The notes beneath the pieces are model-generated. The model saw nothing but the letters and a program-made list of their open reading frames with translations. It was not told the DNA's origin and made no database searches. A stretch of 64,000 nucleotides of DNA from a virus (lineage: Duplodnaviria > Caudoviricetes): IMG/VR virus record IMGVR_UViG_3300014204_000010, positions 25,374 to 89,373 of that record; one strand, 5' to 3'. Of the stretch, positions 50,851 through 58,346 are shown piece after piece. Numbering within the stretch: the first letter of the stretch is position 1; the number at the start of each line of letters is the position of its first letter. The translations under genes were made by a program, and so were the position numbers.

Positions 50851-50880
50851 AAAAAAGAGCGTCAAGATAAAGCTTGACGC
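50851..50880 (-). terminator. intrinsic terminator-like hairpin
   Basis: GCGTCAAG/CTTGACGC 8-bp stem followed on the - strand by TCTTTTTT. Confidence 0.6.
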
Positions 50881-50981
50881 CCCCTACAGTGTTTTTGAAG
50901 CTGTATGATTTGATCATATCTCTTGAGATTGCAGCGTAGAGTTAATCTCACACGCTTTAAATTTGATATAGAACACAAACA

Positions 50982-51024
50982 AAAAGAGCGAATAAAGCTT
51001 GTGATTCGCTCTATTCGCTCTTTT
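50982..51024 (-). terminator. hairpin/terminator downstream of the GG/CC-free gene
   Basis: AAAAGAGCGAATA/TATTCGCTCTTTT 13-bp stem with T tracts, 20 nt after the stop of ORF 51045-51458. Confidence 0.6.
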
Positions 51025-51044
51025 GTTTTCAAAGCTTGTATAGC

Positions 51045-51458
51045 TTACGTCAATGACACTTCACGCTTTTTCAGTCTACTTACAGTGTCACTCGTCAAGT
51101 GTCTCTTTACTCTTTGTAACACACTCTTAGCATCTGCTTTATCTTTAAACTGAATCTTGTTTGTTTCGATGATTGCTTGCAGTTTAGCAGTAGCTCTTGC
51201 GTCTTTAGCAATCACTTTAGCAAGATCATTGATCGTCATTTCTTTGCTTTTAAGAATTGACGTAATGAGATGATCACTTGCACTTGCTTGACTAACTTTC
51301 GCATAATCGAATTTATCATCAGTCAATGACGCTGCGATTGCATTGTCTGTACGCATAATCTGTCTATATTCTTTATGCGTATCTCGCAACACAATAACAG
51401 TCTTTTTGTTGTTGTTTGCATTTACATTTGCAGTCTTTTCGTTTTTCTCTTCGCTCAT
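51045..51458 (-). CDS. basic helical hypothetical protein lacking Gly, Pro and Trp
   Basis: 137-aa ORF inside the GG/CC-free segment; RBS is AAAGTGAG (no GG); terminator downstream. Confidence 0.75.
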   Translation of the reverse strand: MSEEKNEKTANVNANNNKKTVIVLRDTHKEYRQIMRTDNAIAASLTDDKFDYAKVSQASASDHLITSILKSKEMTINDLAKVIAKDARATAKLQAIIETNKIQFKDKADAKSVLQRVKRHLTSDTVSRLKKREVSLT

Positions 51459-52123
51459 TTCATTAACTCACTTTCTTTTAGTTTAGAGATTGCAGCTTTC
51501 TTGCTACTCTCAATAATTGCACTTGAGCAATCTCAAGTAGTAATAAGCTTTTGTTTGACTGCTTATTTCAAAGAGCAAAGCGCATAAAGCGCAATTCTGT
51601 TTTCTCAAAATAAACGCTTTTTTGCAACTATTTATTTTTTAAGCATTTTTTGACAATGTAGCTCCGATTAACCATATAAATCAATATTACTACCGGTTAT
51701 TATTAATATTCCCCTATATAAGGCTTATATGTATTAACACTATGCGGCGTAACGGAATAATCCAGGTTCCTCAAAAACAGGTATTTCCTAAATCCGATAT
51801 AGCATCTCAGTATTAACAATTTGTTATAACTGTAGCACCTGAATCCATGGTATAGTAACGGTCTCTGTATTAACAATTTGTTATAACAGTAAAACATTAT
51901 AGGTTTGGATGGTTATCCACCACCTGGGATTGGAGCAGGATTAAGGAATAGAAAGACCGTCTGGAGGAGGACCATCAACCGGAAAAAGGAATTAATTAAA
52001 AAATCCTCATTTACGGTTGGGCCCTCCCGAAAATCCAGAGACCCTACCCAGGGGGAGGAACTCCATCCCCAGGACCTGGATTTCCTTCCCCACCGACCTT
52101 AAAAAACAAACAAAAAACAATCC

Positions 52124-52153
52124 TTGACATCGTGTTGAGGACCCCTATATACT
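52124..52153 (+). promoter_or_regulatory. sigma70-like promoter
   Basis: TTGACA (52124-52129), 18 nt, TATACT (52148-52153), with A-tract UP-like element upstream. Confidence 0.55.
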
Positions 52154-52295
52154 CGACTCATTCAGCAAAGGAGAGGAAAAGCAGGTCCGATCCATGGTTC
52201 GGTAGTAAAAGGGCCGTAGGTTATTTCAGACCTGATATAGGCGAATCAGCCGCGGTTATTAGGTTTCGGTGCGCCTTGGCTCGGGGAGTCCTCCC

Positions 52296-52390
52296 CGGTA
52301 CCTTTCCGGTCCTTTTCGGTACCTTTCCGGTCCTTTCCCGATACCTACCGGTACTTTTTCGGTACTTTTCCAGACACTTTTCGGTTACCA
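52296..52390. repeat. degenerate ~10-11-bp tandem repeat (CGGTACCTTTC-like)
   Basis: About 8 units such as CCGGTACCTTT, CCGGTCCTTTT, CGGTACCTTT, CCGGTACTTTTT, CGGTACTTTT. Confidence 0.85.
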
Positions 52391-53210
52391 AACCTTCCTA
52401 AAACCACTATAAATCCACAAAACTTCTGGTTTCCTAAAGACTTTTTTCCGTAAACAAGGATTAATTTACCGATAAAATACTGATGCGCTTAATTCCTTTA
52501 TATCGGTTATTTCCATACCTTTTCCTTATATGTACCTACTACACTACACTTATTTCTGATGGGTTATTTCCTACCTTTTATTTATACCTATCCTTCCTTT
52601 ATCTTATATTGACAATGAGTATTCCTTTCCTTTATTTATTGCTTTATATACCTTTTACTTATATATGGATTGGTTTATTCCTTTCCTTTTTCTTATTTAT
52701 ATTTACTTATTCTATACTCCTAAATACTTTCTATTTGGTGGTATTCCTCATTACTGGCTTGGCTACTCTTTATTGTTTCTTCTCTCTTTGGGCCTTCTTT
52801 GGTGGTCGGTTCTGATTCTTGGGATTGGTTATGTTTGGGGGAGGATGCGGTGGTGGTTGCTGTTATAACAAATTGTTACAACTGAGAAGTTCTTTGATGG
52901 CTTGGTGGTGGAAAGGATCCACCTCGATTTTGGCTAGGGGGAGATTTTTTGGGCCTTCCTTTTTTGAGGATTAGGTACATGTGTGATAAACCTGCTTCAG
53001 AGCTTGATTTGCCCTCTTTTTAAGCTGTACCATCCGTCTTGTACCGCGGTAACCATTCTCTTTTGAGTTCTTCTACAGAACCGCGATGGACAGCTTGGAG
53101 TCCTTAAATCCGAACATTTTTTCCTAAGGAACCGGAGGCAGAAATTGGTGACTGCCAGAAATCCTAAGGAACTACTTGAAATGCTTAGTGAAAAAAAATA
53201 ATTTTTTTTC

Positions 53211-53239
53211 TTGACACTCCAGCATTTTTTCTCTATAAA
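53211..53239 (+). promoter_or_regulatory. strong sigma70-type early promoter
   Basis: TTGACA (53211-53216), 17 nt, TATAAA (53234-53239), preceded by AAAAAAAATAATTTTTTTTC (UP-element-like). Confidence 0.85.
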
Positions 53240-53668
53240 GTAGATATGAAAGTGATATGAAAGTGAGATGCAGTTATGAACCAACTTCATATTGTGAGAC
53301 TTAACTCTAACCCATTCTTTGACATAAAGCTTAGAAACCTCGGTTCTAAGCTTGATTCTGAAATACTTTCCGGCAAGAATATTTGAGGCTTGCTTAAAAA
53401 CAGAGACACCGGGAAAGTGAGTAAAGAATCTGACTGAACATGCTGAGAGCTGTCTAGGTATCGTTTTCACAATGGAATCTCTTAGTCAACCAAAAACAGA
53501 CACTAAAACAGACAGACGATCTTACCGACGTAGGTAGCACTTATTTTCCAGTGCTGACAGATGAGTTTTTGGAGGTGTTACAATTAGTGCAACGAATGAA
53601 ACTTAACATGGTGGCTTAGCTGTTGGAAACAGTTTCTACTCTCTTTCTTTTCTCCTAGGTGCGTTAGG

Positions 53669-53704
53669 TGGGTAGAGATTGAGATTGACTTCAATCTCTA
53701 CCCA
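53669..53704 (+). other. perfect 14-bp hairpin just before the first early RBS
   Basis: TGGGTAGAGATTGA / TCAATCTCTACCCA with an 8-nt loop. Confidence 0.7.
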
Positions 53705-53731
53705 TTCTTTAAATTGAGTATGGAGGCAGAA

Positions 53732-54082
53732 ATGAACAAACCACAATGGTTTATTTACGAGCTGACTGATGCTGGAAAAGTTAGGATTTATCCTAACAGA
53801 CCGGCTTCGTCTATTGCAGTTGTCCAAGCTCGTTTGGAAGGTCTCACAAGAGATCGCAAGGGTCGAAATCAAACAAGAATGTTTGAGGTTTGGTGTGATC
53901 TTTGCTTGATCTGCAATACAGAGGTACGGAACGGGATTATCTTGAGTGTCCATTATTATCAAGAAGTCCGCACGGAAGGTGAAATTGACGCTGATTTCTA
54001 TTATGCAAATCGTAATAGAAAGATTAGGTTTGGTAGAGCTGCTGGCGATGTCAGCAGATGGATACTTAAAGCTGCTATTTAG
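53732..54082 (+). CDS. early hypothetical protein
   Basis: ATG 53732 after GGAGG; first ORF of the early operon. Confidence 0.7.
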   Translation: MNKPQWFIYELTDAGKVRIYPNRPASSIAVVQARLEGLTRDRKGRNQTRMFEVWCDLCLICNTEVRNGIILSVHYYQEVRTEGEIDADFYYANRNRKIRFGRAAGDVSRWILKAAI

Positions 54083-54088
54083 GAGTGT

Positions 54089-54295
54089 GTGAAAATGAGA
54101 AAGAAAGTGGTGGTGGATGATCGCACAGCTATCCACAGTGTTTACTCTTCTGAGAAACATAAGTGGTCAAAAGCTGGAAAGATGATACGCATAAAAGTTA
54201 AACCCACCAAAAATGGTGAGATCATCAAAGTCGATCCTAGGAAGTATGAGCCTACGGAAAAGCTAACGCAGATTATATTTGCGGATAGAGGATAG
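54089..54295 (+). CDS. early hypothetical basic protein
   Basis: 68 aa, SD AGGAG; ends 5 nt before ribozyme copy 1. Confidence 0.65.
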   Translation: MKMRKKVVVDDRTAIHSVYSSEKHKWSKAGKMIRIKVKPTKNGEIIKVDPRKYEPTEKLTQIIFADRG

Positions 54296-54300
54296 TAGAT

Positions 54301-54356
54301 GCAGAGGGACACAGTGTAATGTGGTAATGCACTATGCTAGCTTCCCAAGGGCTAGC
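54301..54356 (+). ncRNA. degenerate twister ribozyme (copy 1)
   Basis: GCAGAGGG, weak P1 (CACA/TGTG), TAATGCAC, P4 GCTAGC/GCTAGC; loop is TTCCCAAGG instead of TCCCAAGT. Confidence 0.55.
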
Positions 54357-54387
54357 CTACTATTAATACATGGAAGGTCGGAAGGTT

Positions 54388-54445
54388 GCAGAGGGGAGCC
54401 ATGATATGTGGCTCTAATGCACGATTCCCGTCCCAAGTCGGGAAT
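54388..54445 (+). ncRNA. twister ribozyme, permuted (P5-type opening), copy 2
   Basis: GCA-GAGGG-P1(GAGCCA/TGGCTC)-TAA-TGC-AC-P4(ATTCCCG/CGGGAAT, loop TCCCAAGT); predicted cut U54415|A54416. Confidence 0.9.
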
Positions 54446-54467
54446 ATGTCTTATAAAGGAGGAAAGA

Positions 54468-54596
54468 GTGGAAATTATTGTCAAGAATAGATGCTTGCAA
54501 TGGTTAACCAAGTTCATCCCTTACTGGCTTGTAAAGGAAGGTAATTTGGTTAAGGTTCGTTACGGTAAACTGTTTGCCACTAAGATCACATTCTAA
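54468..54596 (+). CDS. small early protein (42 aa)
   Basis: GTG 54468 after AAAGGAGG, in frame with track ORF 54408-54596. Confidence 0.55.
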   Translation: MEIIVKNRCLQWLTKFIPYWLVKEGNLVKVRYGKLFATKITF

Positions 54597-54621
54597 CTGA
54601 AAAGGACAAAGGAGGAAAGAG

Positions 54622-54999
54622 ATGGCTGATGTTCATTTGATTGAACCGCATGAGCAACCGGTGGAGCAAACACGATCGGTACAGTACTCAAAATTGGAAC
54701 TCATTCTTTCGGTTAAGAATGAGGAAGAGGAGACAGTCAAAGATGTTCTGGATATCATTGAGCTGGAGGCTAAAGCTCTCAATGACATGTTGGAAACGGT
54801 TGATGGTAATCCTCATCGACTCACCGTCATCACAGACACAAATGGTTTCAAGGACGAATTCTTGGTGGTAACGTCCAATATTTTCAGCTTTCGAGAGATT
54901 TCCGAGATTCTGGTTAGGATGACGGAAAGTATCGCCGTAGCATCGGCAAACACGTTCTTCACGGAACGCAAAATCAAGTGGGAAGAAATTGCACAGTAG
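54622..54999 (+). CDS. early hypothetical acidic protein
   Basis: 125 aa, SD AAGGAGG. Confidence 0.75.
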   Translation: MADVHLIEPHEQPVEQTRSVQYSKLELILSVKNEEEETVKDVLDIIELEAKALNDMLETVDGNPHRLTVITDTNGFKDEFLVVTSNIFSFREISEILVRMTESIAVASANTFFTERKIKWEEIAQ

Positions 55000-55005
55000 A
55001 GCATG

Positions 55006-55064
55006 GCAGAGGGAGACCCGAGCAATCGGGTCTTAATGCACATATCCCGTCCCAAGTCGGGATA
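55006..55064 (+). ncRNA. twister ribozyme copy 3
   Basis: P1 AGACCCGA/TCGGGTCT with GCAA tetraloop; P4 TATCCCG/CGGGATA; cut U55034|A55035. Confidence 0.92.
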
Positions 55065-55089
55065 ATAAAACTTAAGGAGGGAAGAGAGT

Positions 55090-55917
55090 ATGGAAAAGGA
55101 AAGCGTAAGAAATGCTGAAATCTACCGTCTAAAGATGGTAGAAAATAAGAGTAACTCGGAAATTGCTAAGGTGTATGGCATCTCCCCGGTGAGGGTCGCT
55201 CAGATAATCTGGGACATCTCGGAAAGCGAGTCAAAAGGTAGAGTTGCAGGTCTTCATCCCTTCCCATCTCAGTGGGAAGAACATATCCTGATCAATACTC
55301 GGGAGATAAACGTCCTGACGAGAAAAGGAATTAAGACTCTGAAGGAACTCACGACTTACACGATCAAGGAACTTCGGGGACTCAAGAATGCTGGACCGAA
55401 ATCATTCGGCAGTCTCCAAGAGAAGCTTGAGGAACTCGGTTATTACATTGCTGGTACTCAGCCAGAAATCAAGCTGAGGCAGGATGACATCGTTTACCTA
55501 CTGATGCAAAAATTAAAGGATCACGCCACTTCTTGTAAGAAGGGTACATACAATCAGTCCGATCCGACAGCTTACGAGAAAGTAACCAGTAAGCTCTTTC
55601 TCCAGTATGGATTCAGCTTCCCCATAGTATCGGAGGATGAAGAGCCAGAACTTTTTGATGACTTCTGTCCCGATCCTGAGACTGTTATCATCCAAGCAAA
55701 CGACTGTACATGGGGAATCAACTTCACCATTAAAGCTTCGAATGGTAAACATGTCGGTTACTGGTCAAGAGAATCAACCGGAGCTGATGGTAAATGGACG
55801 GGATGCTCACCGGAGTTTATCCCCGTCATCACACGATTGTTCCTTGGAGGAACTAGGGAACCGAGTGAGAATGACATAGAAGACCCGTACAGACGGGAAA
55901 TTGATCTTAACAAGTAG
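55090..55917 (+). CDS. HTH plus RNA polymerase alpha-CTD-like domain protein
   Basis: N-terminal sigma-4-like HTH (NSEIAKVYGISPVRVAQII); then NTREINVLTRKGIKTLKELTTYTIKELRGLKNAGPKS, matching the alpha-CTD pattern. Confidence 0.75.
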   Translation: MEKESVRNAEIYRLKMVENKSNSEIAKVYGISPVRVAQIIWDISESESKGRVAGLHPFPSQWEEHILINTREINVLTRKGIKTLKELTTYTIKELRGLKNAGPKSFGSLQEKLEELGYYIAGTQPEIKLRQDDIVYLLMQKLKDHATSCKKGTYNQSDPTAYEKVTSKLFLQYGFSFPIVSEDEEPELFDDFCPDPETVIIQANDCTWGINFTIKASNGKHVGYWSRESTGADGKWTGCSPEFIPVITRLFLGGTREPSENDIEDPYRREIDLNK

Positions 55918-55925
55918 GTAGAAAG

Positions 55926-55982
55926 GCAGAGGGCAGCCGTTCTAGGGACGGCTGTAATGCACGAAACCGGTCCCAAGTCCGG
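55926..55982 (+). ncRNA. twister ribozyme copy 4
   Basis: P1 CAGCCGT/ACGGCTG; P4 CCGG/CCGG; cut U55955|A55956. Confidence 0.88.
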
Positions 55983-56009
55983 ATTAACAAAGAAGGGAGA
56001 GAAGAGAGT

Positions 56010-56360
56010 ATGGAAGATAAATCGAAACCTAAGACCACGATTATTCTTGCTACCAGATTAAAGTTTACACTTATTATCCGAAATGAGTCCGGGGAGGCAG
56101 GAGAAGACATCATCAATGGTGTAACGGCTTTCGTGAGGAAGCTTAATTACCTCTTTGAAAGCCAAAAGTGTGCGCCACTAGATGTTACTGTGGAGATTGA
56201 TTCTTGTAAACTGGAGGATGAATTGTCGGCTTCCGTTACTGACTTGCGAGGATTCAGTCTGTTTGCCAAACACATACCGCATTTGCTTGACAGTATCACC
56301 GGATCGTCGTCTAACTTCTCATTTACGGGTAAGAAAATCCGTATTGAGAATTTGGAGTAA
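56010..56360 (+). CDS. early hypothetical protein
   Basis: 116 aa directly after ribozyme copy 4. Confidence 0.7.
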   Translation: MEDKSKPKTTIILATRLKFTLIIRNESGEAGEDIINGVTAFVRKLNYLFESQKCAPLDVTVEIDSCKLEDELSASVTDLRGFSLFAKHIPHLLDSITGSSSNFSFTGKKIRIENLE

Positions 56361-56378
56361 GGGTCGGAAATAAACGAT

Positions 56379-56434
56379 GCAGAGGGGAGCCATGATATGT
56401 GGCTCTAATGCACGGCACAGTCCCAAGTCTGTGC
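56379..56434 (+). ncRNA. twister ribozyme copy 5
   Basis: P1 identical to copy 2; P4 GCACAG/CTGTGC; cut U56406|A56407. Confidence 0.92.
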
Positions 56435-56462
56435 AAAAACTAAACTAAGGAGGAAAGAGAGT

Positions 56463-57290
56463 ATGAAAAAGACAGCAAAAGGATTGGTTAAAAAAGCGGG
56501 TAAGGTCGAAGAGAAGAATCAGGTTAAGGATGCTGCGGAAGTAACTGCTGAGGATAAAGCAGTTGCATTGGCTCCGGTAGCTGAAGTTGCTCCGGTAGCT
56601 GAAGTTGCTCCGGTAGTTGATGCTTCGGTAGCTGAAGTTGCTCCGGTAGTTGAAGCTGCACCGGTTTCCGAAGCTGTGCAAGCTGAAGCTACACCGGTAG
56701 CTGAAGTTGCTCCGGTAGTTGATGCTCCGGTGAGACCCGAGATTCCTGCTGATTTCTGCTTAGAGCAGGATTTTTGGGCAGGCAATGAAGCTTGCTTTGA
56801 CCCGGAGAACAAAGACTGTAAGGATTGTGCTGAAAACTATGCACAAGCCTTCGAGGCATGCCAGAAGAGACATGAATTTCTGAAGGCATTGGCCAAGAAG
56901 TCTCCGGCAATGAAGCGAAAGTCTCCTCTTCTCAGTAAGAAACCTCAGTCCATCATGATTGACGATATGATCAAGTTGAGTATGCCCTTGGTGGATATGG
57001 TCGCTAAGTTGTCGGTGGATGAGTTCAACAGTGTGGAGAAGGACGCTCGTAAACGTCTTGACAGTCACATCAAGGCTATCAGGACGGGAACTTACTGCAG
57101 GGCGGAGGCTATGCGTCCGTTCATCGGTTATCTTGAAGCTCCGGCAGCAACGACAGCTCCAGCTGCTTCCGCTCCGAAAGCAGCGGATCCGAAAGCGGTA
57201 GCTCCGAAAGCTAAAGCAGCAAAACCCAAAGCTGCTTCGGCAACGACACTGAAACCGAAGGCAGTGGAAGCGGCATCACCTGCTGCTTAG
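56463..57290 (+). CDS. early protein with APVAEV repeats, central Cys-rich domain and histone-H1-like AKP tail
   Basis: 18-bp GCTCCGGTAGCTGAAGTT tandem units at about 56571-56730; CFDPENKDCKDC; C-terminal APKAKAAKPKAA. Confidence 0.8.
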   Translation: MKKTAKGLVKKAGKVEEKNQVKDAAEVTAEDKAVALAPVAEVAPVAEVAPVVDASVAEVAPVVEAAPVSEAVQAEATPVAEVAPVVDAPVRPEIPADFCLEQDFWAGNEACFDPENKDCKDCAENYAQAFEACQKRHEFLKALAKKSPAMKRKSPLLSKKPQSIMIDDMIKLSMPLVDMVAKLSVDEFNSVEKDARKRLDSHIKAIRTGTYCRAEAMRPFIGYLEAPAATTAPAASAPKAADPKAVAPKAKAAKPKAASATTLKPKAVEAASPAA

Positions 57291-57295
57291 AAATT

Positions 57296-57358
57296 GCAGA
57301 GGGCTCGGGGACAACTGATGTCCCCGAGTAATGCACAGCCTGAGTCCCAAGTCTCAGG
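57296..57358 (+). ncRNA. twister ribozyme copy 6
   Basis: P1 CTCGGGGACA/TGTCCCCGAG; P4 CCTGAG/CTCAGG; cut U57329|A57330. Confidence 0.92.
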
Positions 57359-57387
57359 TAAATAAACTAAAGGAGGAAAGAGAGAAG

Positions 57388-58119
57388 ATGACCAAGGAAG
57401 ACATCATCAACAAGGTTCTGAAGTTACTGCAATTGGGAGATGCCAACAAGAACGAGAACATTCACCAGAGGGAAGCAGCCATGAACAAAGCTGCAAAGCT
57501 CATGGCGGAACATGCTGTAAGCTTTGCAGACCTCAGGGAAGGTAGGGTAAAAGAAAGTCCCTTCACCCATGTTGTCATTGACGGTTCTTCCATCAACCCT
57601 AAAGTCTGGGAACTGATACTCTGTACCAGTATAGCAAAAGTGTTCGATTGCTCTTCCGTCAACTCTTTAAAACCATCATTTCAGATGCACGTCCTCGGTG
57701 AAAAAAGTGACGTGGAGCTGGCTGTGTTCTTCTATACTTATCTCAGCAGATCGGTAAGGAACATGGTGAGAGTCCACACCACCAAAGAAAAGCTTCTCAA
57801 AGAAGGATATCTTGGAAACGAGAGTGTGTTTCGGGACTCATATGCAAACGGTATTACGGAGAAAATCCGATCCAGACTGGAGGACCTGTACTCAAAGAGG
57901 GAAGCTTTTATTCCCTCTACGGGTAAGGAACTCATGGTTGTAAAAATGAACGAGGTTTCAAGCTATGTAAAATCTGTATTCCCCAATCTAACTAAAGTCA
58001 CCAAGACCATGGTCAGAGACGGTCATGCTTACATGAAAGGTCTGAATGACGGGGAAAAAGTGAACATCTCTCGGCCCATTGCAGGCAATGGAGCAACACA
58101 GGAAGGAGCTATCGAATGA
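57388..58119 (+). CDS. DUF2786-domain protein
   Basis: IINKVLKLLQLG....IHQREAAMNKAAKLMAEH N-terminal motif; ATG 57388 after AAAGGAGG. Confidence 0.75.
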   Translation: MTKEDIINKVLKLLQLGDANKNENIHQREAAMNKAAKLMAEHAVSFADLREGRVKESPFTHVVIDGSSINPKVWELILCTSIAKVFDCSSVNSLKPSFQMHVLGEKSDVELAVFFYTYLSRSVRNMVRVHTTKEKLLKEGYLGNESVFRDSYANGITEKIRSRLEDLYSKREAFIPSTGKELMVVKMNEVSSYVKSVFPNLTKVTKTMVRDGHAYMKGLNDGEKVNISRPIAGNGATQEGAIE

Positions 58120-58262
58120 TGTACCTTATGATTTCCCATATGATCGTTTTGATTCTCGGAATCATCGTCGGGTGGACAATGAGAAATTGCATCCGACGGA
58201 GGCTAGCATCAGCCCGCTTGATTGATTTTGACAGCTGGTTTGCTGCTGGAAAAAGGAAATAG
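58116..58262 (+). CDS. small single-TM protein (48 aa, not in ORF track)
   Basis: MMYLMISHMIVLILGIIVGWTMRNC...GKRK*; ATGA overlap with the upstream gene; its TAG overlaps ribozyme copy 7. Confidence 0.6.
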   Translation: MMYLMISHMIVLILGIIVGWTMRNCIRRRLASARLIDFDSWFAAGKRK

Positions 58263-58319
58263 CAGAGGGGACGGGGAGAAATCCCCGTCTAATGCACAGC
58301 CTGAGTCCCAAGTCTCAGG
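58262..58319 (+). ncRNA. twister ribozyme copy 7
   Basis: P1 GACGGGGA/TCCCCGTC with GAAA tetraloop; P4 identical to copy 6; cut U58290|A58291. Confidence 0.92.
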
Positions 58320-58346
58320 AAACCTAATTAAAGGAGGAAAGAGAGT

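Larger units (their letters stand above)
50885..51663. other. ~780-bp segment devoid of GG and CC dinucleotides
   Basis: Read line by line: no GG or CC between the C run ending at 50884 and the CC at 51664-51665. Confidence 0.92.
51810..52879. repeat. palindromic 21-bp repeats (two direct copies plus one distant inverted copy)
   Basis: GTATTAACAATTTGTTATAAC at 51810-51830 and 51867-51887; reverse-complement GTTATAACAAATTGTTA at 52862-52878; internal dyad TAACAA-T-TTGTTA. Confidence 0.9.

Noticed and set aside
51650-51680. TTGACA...TATAAA promoter at the edge of the GG/CC-free island
   Set aside because: Spacer is 19 bp and it points away from the island gene into non-coding DNA; too weak to call.
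51913-51921. DnaA box (TTATCCACC)
   Set aside because: Single site with one mismatch; expected by chance, so not enough to call an oriC-like origin.
52160-52300. tRNA-like RNA downstream of the 52124 promoter
   Set aside because: Contains GGTTCG but no cloverleaf or acceptor stem could be built.
52483-52868. ORFs 52483-52815 and 52665-52868 as membrane proteins
   Set aside because: The Phe/Leu/Tyr/Ile richness follows from the T-rich low-complexity tract; no RBS.
52997-53470. 157-aa - strand ORF
   Set aside because: Spans the strong early promoter on the opposite strand, has no RBS and looks compositionally random.
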